Assembly (NCBI GenBank): GCA_965655095.1
Contig: OZ296652.1
Span: 91,946,001-92,010,000 of the forward strand
DNA length: 64,000 bases
Direction of reading: 5' to 3'
DNA from: Haplodiscus bocki
Taxonomy: Eukaryota
The number at the start of each line of letters is the position of its first letter. Position 1 is the stretch's first letter. A program made the translations under genes and the position numbers. Of the stretch, positions 1-11,209 are shown in pieces. The notes under the pieces were generated by a model that worked only from the letters and a program-made list of their open reading frames with translations, searched no databases and was not told where the DNA came from.

Positions 1-62
1 AAAACTATTTACATCACTCAGTCTTTTTTCTATTCCCCGCTCTAAATCGTCATTTTTATTTT

Positions 63-533
63 CTAGGGGTGCAGATGGGTATAATCTGACACATTTTTGT
101 CCCATTTTTGTTGCGTATTTCTTACAAACTTGCCTAGATGTAATCCTTTACCTGTGTTATAAAATGTTAATAGTTCAGTTAGTGTTTTCTTTACACTTTT
201 AGGATTTCTAGAGGCTGCTGCTGTGGCAATGTTTGCTGTAATATCCAACGTCAGTGAAGGATTTTTTGTTAGGTTTTTTGCCATCTTTTTTGATACATTG
301 AGTCCTTTTTTACCTAAGTTTTTGAAGAAAGCTCCAAGACCTACTGCTTGTATAGTATTATCGCTCACAATCATTGATTTTTTCTATTGCATATTGAACA
401 CAGTCCAAAAAATGATTTAAATTCTCTACCAGTTTTTTTATTAGAAGTTTTTTTCACCAACGAAATTTTTTGTACCACTGTAGTGCTTTTGATCAACGCA
501 AAAAGTATTAGTCTTATATTTTCCAAAGCTCAT
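63..533 (-). pseudogene. Polinton-like Zn-ribbon plus amphipathic-helix protein (putative virion core/membrane-active protein), frameshifted
   Basis: Manual translation: MSFGKYKTNTFCVDQKHYSGT...[fs]...GLCSICNRKKSMIVSDNTIQAVGLGAFFKNLGKKG...NPSLTLDITANIATAAASRNPK. A homologue lies at 23376-23780. Confidence 0.6.
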
Positions 534-553
534 ATATTACACAAAATTATATT

Positions 554-700
554 TACTCATATAATTGTATGTATACACAGATATAAGTACTCATATAAAT
601 GTATATGTACACATTTATTATCACTCGTGTAAGTATAAACATACATAAATATTCTTATAATTGTATGTAAAAAAAATACAAATACTCATATAAATGCACC
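554..700. promoter_or_regulatory. Intergenic array of the ~20-nt motif TACTCATATAATTGTATGTA (~33-bp spacing)
   Basis: Copies near 554, 588, 624, 653 and 683. The same motif occurs at 1841, 1923, 4891, 5392, 5425, 5471 and 5507, always between viral genes. A regulatory role is inferred. Confidence 0.5.
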
Positions 701-713
701 TAAACACGTTAGG

Positions 714-1794
714 TCAAATTTTAATCATTTGTAATGTAAAAGTCAACATTTCTTGATTGAAATCAACTTCTACGTTACTATCATTTTCTATATAAAACGT
801 TATAGTATTGAAAACAGATTAATTTACTTTTTTTACATTTAATTGTTTCGGGTGAGCAAAACACTTTATAACCGCTTGGTTTATCTAAAACAAAACTGAA
901 AAGTATAGGATGTTTAACACCGTTTACTACCGATCCGTCAATAACATCACATTTTTAATGGATTTTGTTTATTATTTTCAAATCTAAAAATTTATCACTA
1001 GTATATACACCTGGGGAATCAGCGTGAATTGCATTTGTAGGCTTGCAATCCCAATATGATGTGAATTCTAATAAAGTATTACAGACAGATTTTTCATCAA
1101 ATCTCAAAGTTGCGAAAAAACTACCAAAACGAGTTAAAGTAAGTTTTGTTTTCATGGTAATATCATCATATTCAATTTTTAGGGTTCCTTCATGATCACC
1201 TGTTGTGTAAACGGCTTTCGAAATATCTTCAATCGATTAAATACTAGTTGATAGTTTATCAGTTACAAAATTTGAATTATTTTGTTTTAATATCAGTTGA
1301 ATATCGGGTTCATCTAAACCAATTACAGTTCTAAGATAACTTTCAAACTCTCTAAATGGTGATCTAGCATAACCCATTAATAATATAATAAAACCATCAG
1401 TGTAAATGTGTTTTTTGATATGCTTGATATAGCATGGTCCTATTATCTCGTATTGTAGATGATTTGGAGTGATATCTGAAATATTAGGGATTTCCTCAAT
1501 TTCATCTTTTAATTCTTGAAACGAAAGTTCTTCAAAAGTATCAGTGTAGAGTCCGAATTTGTTATTTTCTTCTATTATTTTGAAAATAGAATTTTAAACA
1601 TCTAAACTCGTTAATCCTAACATCCAAGATCCTTCAATTGGTATTGGTATTTCGAAATGAAAAATTTTTCGTGGTTTCTTCTTTTTAAATTCCATTGTTT
1701 CTTCTGTTTTTCTATGAGTTTGTTCAATCAGCCTTTCACAGTTTTTTGTAATTAACAATAAAAAAAATTCTGTATCATTTTTACTTCGAATCAT
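714..1794 (-). pseudogene. Minor capsid (penton-like) protein relic, paralogue B
   Basis: N-terminus ...FHFEIPIPIEGSWMLGLTSLDV*NSIFKIIEENNKF and C-terminus KCDVIDGSVVNGVKHPILFSFVLDKPSGYKVF...TFYIENDSNVEVDFNQEMLTFTLQMIKI* resemble Polinton/adintovirus minor capsid ends. Multiple stops and frameshifts. Confidence 0.6.
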
Positions 1795-1957
1795 TTTTAG
1801 GTTCCTTTAAAAGTCGTATACTTGTAAAGACACATATAAATACCCATATAATTGTATGTATATTAATAGTATTGCTTGTGATAAAAATACAAATTTATTT
1901 GTATGTATACCTCTAGTATAAACACTCATATAATGGTATGTACATAGATAAGAAACG

Positions 1958-3042
1958 TATATTTTTTTTAGTTCGCAAGTAAAACCTATTGTTTCAATAT
2001 TAAAATCAACAGGTTTGTGATTGTCGTCTTCTAAATAAAATGTTATGTGAGACAGAACAGATTTATTTATCTTTTTTAAAAATTTTACTCTTGGTTGATT
2101 GTGTATTTTATAACGTGGAGGCTTTCACGAGCAAACGAGTACAGAATAGGTTCTCGTAATCCGTTGACGATGCTGACCATGATACAATCACATTTTAACT
2201 GAACCTTTCAATACTAGTAATATTAATAGGTCTGTCGCTTTCATACGTACCTGGTATCATTTGATTAAAGCCTTCAATAGCACCTAGAGGTCCTGAATGT
2301 GATCAAGTTAATTCTAATATGGTATGAAGAAACGATCTGTTAGTAAACCCTATTGTTTTACTTACGGTTAAATTTGATTTTAATCATATCATCAAAAGTA
2401 ACACTTACTTTTACCTCTTTAGGAAGTAAAGATTTCAACATCAAATTATTATCAGCAATTCGATATTGACCTGCTGGTACTGTAGATCTGTTTGTTGATC
2501 CAGCTATATTTTTAACAACCAATATGTCTGTATTTTCATGATAAGTTAAATGTAATCTATAAACCAGGTCTTCGAGATCTTTGTATTTTACTCTTTTTAA
2601 TTCTTTATTTATCGAATCTTTATGAGTGTCAAGGTCACATATCTTTAAATACTCATTCTCTTCTATTTTTATTCGAGCACCCCTTTTTCGACTTCTTTTG
2701 AATGTAATTCGATATCGTTTTCAGATCAAAGCTCTAATAATTTATTTAGATTGTTAACAAGTTCTTCACCATCTTCTGGGGACCAATAACCTGGTGTTGA
2801 AATTGACAAACTGTCGTTTTGCTCAGTTATATTGAGAACACTGTTCGTCGCTTCAAAACTTGGTACTGCAAGTAACCAATTACGTTCTTCAGAAAGGTTT
2901 ATCGGAGTAGAAAATGAAAAAGTTTGTATTTGGTTAGCTTTTTTAAATTCAAGGGTCTCTTGTGGTTTTGTTTTTGTTTTTTTGTTTATTCAATTAACGT
3001 ATCTGTTTGCTTTTTAATTGAAAGTAACAATTCGTTATTCAT
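1958..3042 (-). pseudogene. Minor capsid (penton-like) protein relic, paralogue A
   Basis: MNNELLLSIKKQTDTLIE...FSFSTPINLSEERNWLLAVPSFEATNSVLNITEQNDSLSISTPGYW...KCDCIMVSIVNGLREPILYSF...TFYLEDDNHKPVDFNIETIGFTCEL. Collinear with 714-1794. Confidence 0.6.
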
Positions 3043-3269
3043 TTAAACATCCCGAATCCTGATCCTTCTATATAATCTTTAATCATTTTTTGATTATTTT
3101 TTTCGAAATATTTCTGTCTTGTTCACGAGGAAGTGATTTATTCTCTTTTTGTTTGGTTTACTTTCTCTTGTTTGTTCATTTTGTGACTTGTTTTTTTCTG
3201 ACGTATCTCAAATTGTTATCAATTGTTTTTTTTTCTCAAAGTCATTTATTTTAAAAGAAAACGTTAACA

Positions 3270-3680
3270 TTGTTCTACCATTTGATAGTACAGATTTAAA
3301 ACAGCAGATTTGAAATTCGTTCCTGTAACGTTTGTCAAATAAATTGTATAAAACCAATAGCTTGTACAAAAATTATCATTTTTTAAACTTTGGTATTCAG
3401 AATAAAAACAATATCCATTTCGCTTTATGATAAAGTTAGATAGTGTCTTTGGACAGACACAACCGTAACTATCAAAATAATTTTCGTTTATATAACAAAC
3501 CCAATGTGTTCCTTCCGAAAGATGTAAATTTATTTTTCCTATATCATTTCAAGAAAGAACCATCTCCTAAATAGATACCAACATCATTCAAAGACAAGGA
3601 TAATAACACTTGTTGGATTTTTACATTCGATGTTGCTTTGTTTTTCAATTTTTTTTATGAACAAAATCATCGAAAGTCAT
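3270..3680 (-). pseudogene. Adenain-like cysteine protease (Polinton PRO) relic
   Basis: Catalytic motifs in the expected order: GTHWVCY (His), NYFDSYGCVCP (Asp), NDNFCTSYW (Cys), ending FKSAVLNLYYQM. Frameshifted. Confidence 0.8.
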
Positions 3681-4112
3681 TCGCATTTACTTCCTGTAAA
3701 TCACCTCCACGTCTAGTATTGAACAAGATATCCTCTACAAATTTATCCGCGTTAGCATAATTATCAAACAGTCATTTATCATAAAATATTTGTTTAGTCG
3801 GTTTCACGGCTCTTTCAATTAAAATTTCTTCCTCAGATTGTTTGTTGGACTGTAATTTAAATTCGTTGTAATCTTTTTGAAAATAAAAGATTTGACCGTC
3901 TATTTTTTTAAATTTCTCATCCAGGTAGAATTTGTTTATAACATGTGAATTATCAGTAGGATCAAAAATAGTTGATATTTTTTCATCTTTTTCTAACTAT
4001 CATGTGCTTCGAATTATGATTGATTATTATTTGAATCTTGAACTTTAGCTTTTTTAGAAACGATGTTATCGAATTCGCTTTCCCATAATTTATTATAACT
4101 AATGGAAGCCAT
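3680..4112 (-). pseudogene. Hypothetical protein relic of element 1
   Basis: Protein-like reading with stops: MASISYNKLWESEFDNIVSKK...DPTDNSHVINKFYLDEK...IERAVKPTKQIFYDK*LFDNYANADKFVEDILF. Confidence 0.45.
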
Positions 4113-4469
4113 TTATTCTTACTTATTGATCTGTTTTTTCATTCTGGACAAAATTATTTTTGCTCTTTCTCGTCTTCGATTTGTTTTAATAACTTTGCTT
4201 TAGATCCTTCTAAACATTTTCCATCGTAAGGAGAGAAGTTTGATAGGAGACATCACAGAAACTAATGATTGTCCTTTTGTCGCCTGAGTAGTTGAAGATT
4301 GAGAGTTAAATTCTTTTAAATCTCCTATTGTATCATTTCTTACTGTTTTGTCATTAGAGATTATTTGCATTGCTGAATCCATTTACTGGTTGTTATTATT
4401 ATGAAGAATTTCATCTAATTATTGATCATTAATTTCATAATTTGTACCACTTTTCAATTTGTTCTACTT

Positions 4470-4830
4470 TTAACGGATTCTTTTGAAGTTGTTTTTAATG
4501 TCAAACGAGGTCAAACGAGGTCCTTTAACGTCATGGTTACCATGAGAATTGTTGTCAGAATTAGAATTTGAAGTGTTTTCTGTTCGTTTATTGATGTTAT
4601 TTGGTTGAATTCTACATGGTAAAAGCAAATTTTTATCGTCTCTGTACCTTTGTAAAGTACTAGTTGAGTAACCTAGTTGATTTGCTATTTGAGATTGCTT
4701 TAATTTCGGATTGTCGTATTTAATCCGCATAAAATCAGCCATTAAATTTAGTTTATATTGGTGAGATATCAAATTAAAATCAAGATTGCATGTTTTAGAT
4801 ATTTGTTGTGAAGAGAAACTATTAATTATT
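4470..4830 (-). CDS. Helix-turn-helix DNA-binding protein (element 1), possibly truncated
   Basis: ORF 4470-4772 contains LKQSQIANQLGYSTSTLQRY, a classic HTH signature. Confidence 0.6.
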
Positions 4831-5560
4831 TATATGTTTGATATTGTGAAATTACACCTATTCAAATACGAATAAAATTTTGTTTATAAGCACTCATATA
4901 ATTGTAAGCGTATCTCTGGTAAAATTTCAAATAAAATCGTATCAATCACCTATAAATAATAATTGCTATTTTATAATTACACTTATTCAGATACGAAGAA
5001 TAATACAACTATTATTAAACTTGTATGGATATTTCAACTTTTGAAATATTGTTAAACTTGTAGGAATAATTTAACTTACTTGTAATTGCAGTTGATTAAC
5101 ATAGTATAATTACACATATTCATATACGGATAAAAGTATAATTACTATCATAATTGTACAAACATTACTTTGTATGATATTTGAAAAAAAAAACAAAAAA
5201 AAGCAAATATAAAATTACCACAAATAAAATTGTAAATTTTTTAATGCACTTATTTTGTTTCTTCGTTGACTCAACAAAGTTAACGTAATCTTCAAGTAAA
5301 TTTGTTGTAATGTTCGTTTTTTATAACGATAACTTAAAAACTAATCCTACACCTATTCAAATATGAATGTGAAGATATATTTATAATACTTACTCATATA
5401 TTTGTAAGTATACCCTAGTATAAATACTCATGTAAGTGTATGTAACACAAATGAGAACTATATGTAAAACTACTCATATAAATTTATATATACTCTTGTA
5501 CAAAAACTCGTATAAGTGTATGTGTTACAAATGTTATGCTTGTACAAATACTATGTATAA

Positions 5561-6103
5561 ATGGATTAATATTAGGAAGTGTGTGATAAATATGTCAAAC
5601 CTAAGATTAAATGTAAACTTTTCACATCAAATAGTCATAAAGACTTTGATAATTGTAAACATATAGTATTATATCTCAAATATATTGACCTAAAAGACGT
5701 TGATGAAGCGTTTTCTTTATACATTATCGAACACAATAATAAATTCGAATATTATCTTGTGAAATGTCAATTTTATTTAGTTTTTAATTTTAATCAATAT
5801 TGTCCATTTGTGACGTCTAATTTAACTGATAACAAAACAATGATTTCTTGGTCAATTTTTTCAGAAAAAATAAGTAGTGATTTTAAAGGTAAAGGATATA
5901 CTTTCAATCAAATGGCAGAAATGCATATTATAACAGTTGCTAAAAAATTGGATATGTCATGCGATTTCTATATTAAACATAATATTCACGCTGTTGAATA
6001 GAAAATAAATGCTATGATTAACAAAAACAAAAGTTTAATCAAAAAATTACCCCGGAATCGGAGACATCCTTTGAATAGAAATTTTGAAAGTTATCGTATT
6101 TAA
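5561..6103 (+). pseudogene. C2H2-like Zn-finger protein relic (element 1)
   Basis: MD*Y*EVCDKYVKPKIKCKLFTSNSHK... resembles a decayed CxxC...H..S..H finger. The ORF track gives 140 aa, and the reading continues past a stop at 6001 to ~6103. Confidence 0.45.
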
Positions 6104-6329
6104 TTATTTAATCAAGTACTAAAACTAAGAAGAAAAATTTATAGTTATTTGTCAAATATAAATATACAATATTATCTCAAATTTCGAATACCGATAATGC
6201 ACCGACAATTTTTTCAAAATCCTGAATATATTCACACTCATTGCAGAGATAGAAGAAATCCATTCCACTTCGAATGTCGAAAATGGATGAGTAGCCACTA
6301 GTTTCAATCACCATTTTCGAAAAATTTCT

Positions 6330-7063
6330 CATTAAATAGCATTTTCAAGAGCTTTTCAACGATTTTTTTCATGTCAATATTATCAAAAACTTTTTCATCG
6401 ACATAAACCGTGTTTCAGTTTTCAGATGGCAATTGTCTCAGGCAACTTTTTTGAAAATATTATCATTAAATTTCCCTTTTCAAGACCTTTCTAATGATAT
6501 ATAACACTCTACTATTACTTAAAATTTTTCATTGACTTACCATGTTTCAGGGTTAGTTTCAGGTTCTAGATGGTAATAGTTTGAGTTAAAATTTTTGAAG
6601 ACTTAGTCATTGAATAGCATTTTCAAGACCTTTTCAACGATATATATTATGTCATCATTGTCAAAAACTCTTCATTGACGTATACCATGTTTGAGGTTAG
6701 TTTCAGGTTTTAGATGGTAATAGTTTCAGTCAACGTTTCCGAAATTATAACGATTGAATATCATTTTTCAAGACCTTTGCAACGCTCTATTTTACTTTTC
6801 TTTAGATCAAAAGTTCGTTGATTTTTCACTCTTTCTGTGTCTTAAGTGACCGTGGGAAGTGTGAAAGGAAATTGAAAAGTTTACGCTTAGTTTGTTTTTA
6901 ATTACTTTTCAACTCTTTGATCTTTTTCAAAAGTACTTTCTTTGAAAACTACGATAGATATGCAGCTCAAACTTCCAGGGTAGACTAATTATGGTACGGG
7001 GTTTTGTTTTTAATTGAGACCGACAGGCTGTGAGTATACCATGGTACGATGGTAAATCTAGTT
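6330..7063 (+). mobile_element. Helentron-associated non-autonomous element (HINE/DINE-like), family B, with ~140-bp tandemly repeated 5' segment
   Basis: About 3.5 copies of a unit containing TTTTCAAGA(G/C)CTTTTCAACGAT and TTTCAGGTT(C/T)TAGATGGTAATAGTTT (6330-6790). The 3' end is GAGTATAC, hairpin TACCAT-ggtacg-ATGGTA, then AATCTAGTT. Confidence 0.5.
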
Positions 7064-8084
7064 TTTGCCATGGCAAGCTGGTAAAATTAATCAGACAAAA
7101 TAGTAATTGTACAATTATATTAATTTTATTATTATCCGTATTTGAATATGTGTGTTTTTACCATGATGATCAATTACATTTTACTAGATCAATAATTTGT
7201 TTATACAAAAAATTTATATTATTCTTCATATTTGAATAGGTGTAATTAAACTATATCAATTATTCAATTTTTTCACCATTTTTTTCGAAACAAATTTTTT
7301 AATTCTAATAATGTTTCCGTCAATTTTTATCTGAAGTCAATCGGACAAGTGTTCATGGAGAATTCCTTAAAAAACTGTGTGCTAGTCATCATGCTAGTAC
7401 ACATATTTCTGAGAAATCATGCTTTTGCTTAAGAAAAAAAAATGTCCACTGGCCAACTTTCTTGTCTAGCTTTTCAGCTGTCTATCGAGTGAGCACTCTT
7501 GGTAGATATCCCCATCAATCAGTTCTCATTTTTCAAGCTTCGTGATATAGACAGTTCCTCCATTTAGCCTTTGTGCATGATGTTGACATAGACAGTGGGA
7601 CGTTGGAAGTAGTGATCCACAAACACTGCGACTATGCAAGCACAGCCTTAACTTTAGTCAATGTAACAAATACCACTAAGCTATAGCAAGCGAAAAAGAA
7701 AAACAAATACTAGTTCTTGTATACATGGTAAACTACCAGCTTCGTTATGCGGTGGTGATTTTTTTCACTATCGCCTAAATGTAAAAAAAACACGCGGAAG
7801 TTCATTTTACCATTGCTTCTCAATTTTACGTTCACGTAAATGTGGAATTACTTATACACGATTTCATACATTTATATGGTGGAGAAAAACCGGTATGTTA
7901 AATTTCTATAATTCCTGTGTACCGCCATTGGTATAGTATATTTTTTAAAAGGTTTTCACTTGGTTTTCGCTGCGTGCGCGGCTTTTGGCGACAAATGCCT
8001 TTATACACACTACTAGTGTAGGAGGGGTGGTTTCACAATGTTGCTCAGTCAAATCCTAAATTTTATCAGTGAATTTCTAAAAAT

Positions 8085-8160
8085 ATCTCACACGGCGGAG
8101 ATTCGAACGCCAACCTCCTGCTTCAGAACGTTGTTGTCCTAACCCCACCGCTGATTTTTG
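8085..8160 (-). repeat. tRNA(Gln-like)-derived Pol III cassette / SINE head
   Basis: The minus strand reads CAGCGGTGGGGTTAGGACAACAACGTTCTGAAGCAGGAGGTTGGCGTTCGAATCTCCGCCG: A-box-like segment, TTCTGAA loop, B-box GTTCGAATC. No complete acceptor stem. Confidence 0.55.
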
Positions 8161-8250
8161 TTCTTGAAAAGAGTTTGCAATTTTGGACTGAAAAAAACGA
8201 CCCGACTGAATGAATAATTTTTTTTGCATATTACATATGCGGCAAAAAAT

Positions 8251-8741
8251 AACAAGACGGCCGGCTACCACCGGCATTTTTTGCGCCATCCCAATCTGGT
8301 AAAGATGCAATTTTGAAAGATGAGAACGTTTTTTCCTCGGAAAAAATCACTTCGTATTTTTCAACGTTCAAATTTTCTACTTTTATTGCCAAAAAAACCT
8401 CATAAATAGGGCGAAAAAGACATTTCCGAGATATAATACCATTCGATACGCATTCAAAAGCAAAATTACTACCTTTAGCCATTTTGAAGAAATTCAAGAT
8501 TTTTTTTTAAAAAAAACCCATCTATTTTCCAAAAAACCCCAAATTTTGAACGTTCCGAGAATTCTTATAATTCCAGGCGCATTCTACGGCAAAATTGCTA
8601 CAATTTAGTGAAAAGAAAACTTCACGTTCAGAAACGCGAGCCAATAACGTTTTAGCGCGAGATCTATTAGAAAATATCAGTTAAAAAAACGCCAACTTCA
8701 GAGGACGATTTTTTCCATATTTTCAATATGGCGCAACATAA
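8251..8741 (-). mobile_element. Helentron-type non-autonomous element (HINE-like), family A, copy 1
   Basis: The + strand starts AACAAGACG, then hairpin GCCGG-ctacca-CCGGC and sub-terminal IR TTTTGCGCC, matched by GGCGCAACATAA at the other end. Homologous copies at 45160, 46189, 57648 and 36085. Confidence 0.7.
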
Positions 8742-9199
8742 GAAACTAAATTCCAGCCTAATCTGCGCTATTAAATATACGTTTCATCCTAACGATTTAG
8801 GGACAAATAATTGTAGTGATGAAAGCAAAATTAGATACTTAATTCAATGAACTGAACAAAACCAAGTTAACTGACAAAACAGTTGAATGAACTGAACAGT
8901 TGAAGATCAGAGTAATTAAATCTAGAAGAAAGAATTCATTTCCAGTTTCTCTTCTATTTTTCTAAAAAAAATGGTGTAATCCAATTTTTTACCGACTCAG
9001 ACTATGTTCCGAGCAATGAGTTTCCAAGTTATCCATTTTAAAAACTCCCAATTGTACCGCAGTGGAACTATTTTTGAACACGGCCGTAGACCTCGATGCG
9101 GGTTAGTATGCATTAACTTATATTTGGTGAGACAAAATCGTCGGCTAGGGTTCTCCATACAACAGAACGACTGCTTTTGCAATTTTACTGCTATTTTTA

Positions 9200-11060
9200 G
9201 GAATATTACCAACCCAAGGCCAGATGACGTGACTGCTGAATTATACAAACAACACAAAAGGACCTCCGACGCAAAGTTAAGCCTTATTTTCAACGTCGCC
9301 TTCCGTGGCGAAACATCACGCCTGTTTTTCAAGAGAAGAATTCTAAGACTCGTCCCTAAGGGCGGCAAAGCAGGCAATGCGACCGCTTTTTGACCTATTA
9401 TTCTGATTAACAGTGATGGAAAAAACCACCCATGTTCTGGCACAAAGATTGAAACTATTTTTAACAGAAATGCGCAGTTTGGAACAGTATTCAATTTTGA
9501 AGGAAAAAAACATCAGCAGTGCACTGACTGATTTAAATTGTCGATGAAAAAAATCAACTTGGGACACAAACCTCGTGAAAATTGACTTTAGCAAACCACT
9601 TGACCAAGTGGATTGGCCATACATGTTTCAACTCCTCAGGAAGCTGGAGTTCCCTGGAAAGTTTATCACTTGAATGGAGGCAAGGCACCACAAAACGAAA
9701 TCAACTTTTGGCACCAATAGATATCTTACCAAAACTTTAACCCTGCTTAGGGGTGTCAGACGAGGCTGTCCTCTGTCACTGATTTTATTGAATGTCGCGT
9801 TAGAGCCTTTTGTGATCGAATTATCTGTTGACTCAAAGTTTTCAAGAGCATCTGATAAAAGTGCCTTGACCTATGCTGATGACGTTATGGTAGTGGTTGT
9901 TGAACTGAGGAGACTCTTTGGAATTTCAGACTGGTTCTCGAGAAGAACGTATTTTAAAACAAATAAAGACAAAAGCGAAATCAGTTCGCAGACTTTAAGA
10001 TCGCAAAATGGACCACAAAACGATTTTCAAATGTTTTGAGCGGTGAAGTTGGAGACAAAAGAGAAGCAAAAAGAAGATATTGCAATGATCATGTGACAAT
10101 ATAGTGAAATAAAAAGTACCTCAACAAGTTCATGAGTCTAGGTGTGAGAAAAACTAAAATGATTTCTGTGATCCCAAAGCGAATAAAAAACCTGAGACCT
10201 TTTCAAATACCTAAGAATGTTCATTTCACCTACCACAAGTTTTGCCAAACAGTTTCATAGGGCCTTGGTCGAAAAGCTGATGTTTTGCTCAACACCTGGA
10301 AAGACTTCTTGAAAAAAGGGGAGTTGCTTTGTCCAATGTCATATGCCACGTTCTGGCTGCCAAGATTAGCGATATCAACAACAGTCAACACAAAAAGGAC
10401 CAGCTTTTTTGAAACTTGTTTACAAAAGTATGGAGGAACAAACAGTTCAACTGGAAGAAAAACGTTTCCGAAAACCCGCAATGTCTTCAAACGAGAATTC
10501 ACCATTGAAGACGGGAAGCCGTACGTCAAAGTTGATAGAAGGAAACTAAAAATACCGACAGGAACGTCGTATCGAGACATCTATTTTTACTCACTCAATG
10601 TCACACATGGAGAAAATTAGGTGACAAATGAAGTAAAAAAATCTCTGCGAATGTTTTCCATACAAAAGAGCGACTTCTTCCGTTTTAACAGTTGGCTCTG
10701 AAAACGCACCCACTTAACCATGTTGGAGAAATATACTGACATCAATCAGTTCTATCACTTCAACCCAGACCTTGACGCCTTGTGGAATAAAAGGCAAAAT
10801 CGACACTCTCTATGCTATCCTTGTGAATCCGAATTTTAAAACATCTCCCATTTGTTTCAAAACTGGGCACTGGTTGCAGCTGGAAAAATTGGAGTGAGAT
10901 TTTTGTGCCAAATTTTAACAGAACCGTTTAGTGTTGAAAACGCCAAATCACAGTAACAATACTGTTCGGTACTTTTACTTAGGACAAAGAACAAAACTGT
11001 GTTCCATCTCGATCGAATACTAAATTATGGTTGAAAATTGCGTATTATTTTCTTTCTTCT
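9200..11060 (+). mobile_element. 5'-truncated, decayed non-LTR retrotransposon (L1/Tx1-type reverse transcriptase)
   Basis: Motifs in order: PRPDDVTAELYK, VPKGGK...F*PIILINSDGK, VKIDFSKPLDQVDWPYM, RGVRRGCPLSLILLNVALEPF, YADDVMV. A Cys/His C-terminal relic (CYPCESE...ISHLF) lies near 10810-10860. Confidence 0.85.
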
Positions 11061-11209
11061 GTCTGTTTGAGCTCTTGCTTATCTAATGTGACTATTTCAA
11101 CAAAAAAAATCAACTATTTGCAAACTATTCCTGCAGAAACCACTTATTCTCGTTTTTTAGAAGCGAGTTGAAAACAAGTGAACATGCGATTGGAAGTTTT
11201 GCAAAAAAT

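Larger units (their letters stand above)
1..6300. mobile_element. Decayed Polinton/adintovirus-like endogenous viral element 1 (left end outside the window)
   Basis: Densely packed, intronless, very AT-rich gene relics, including an adenain-type protease (GTHWVCY...YFDSYG...C) and two minor-capsid-like genes. Gene order matches element 2. Termini not identified. Confidence 0.75.

Noticed and set aside
554-700. CRISPR-like repeat-spacer array
   Set aside because: Repeats are degenerate, spacers are only ~13 nt and themselves similar, there are no cas genes, and the context is eukaryotic.
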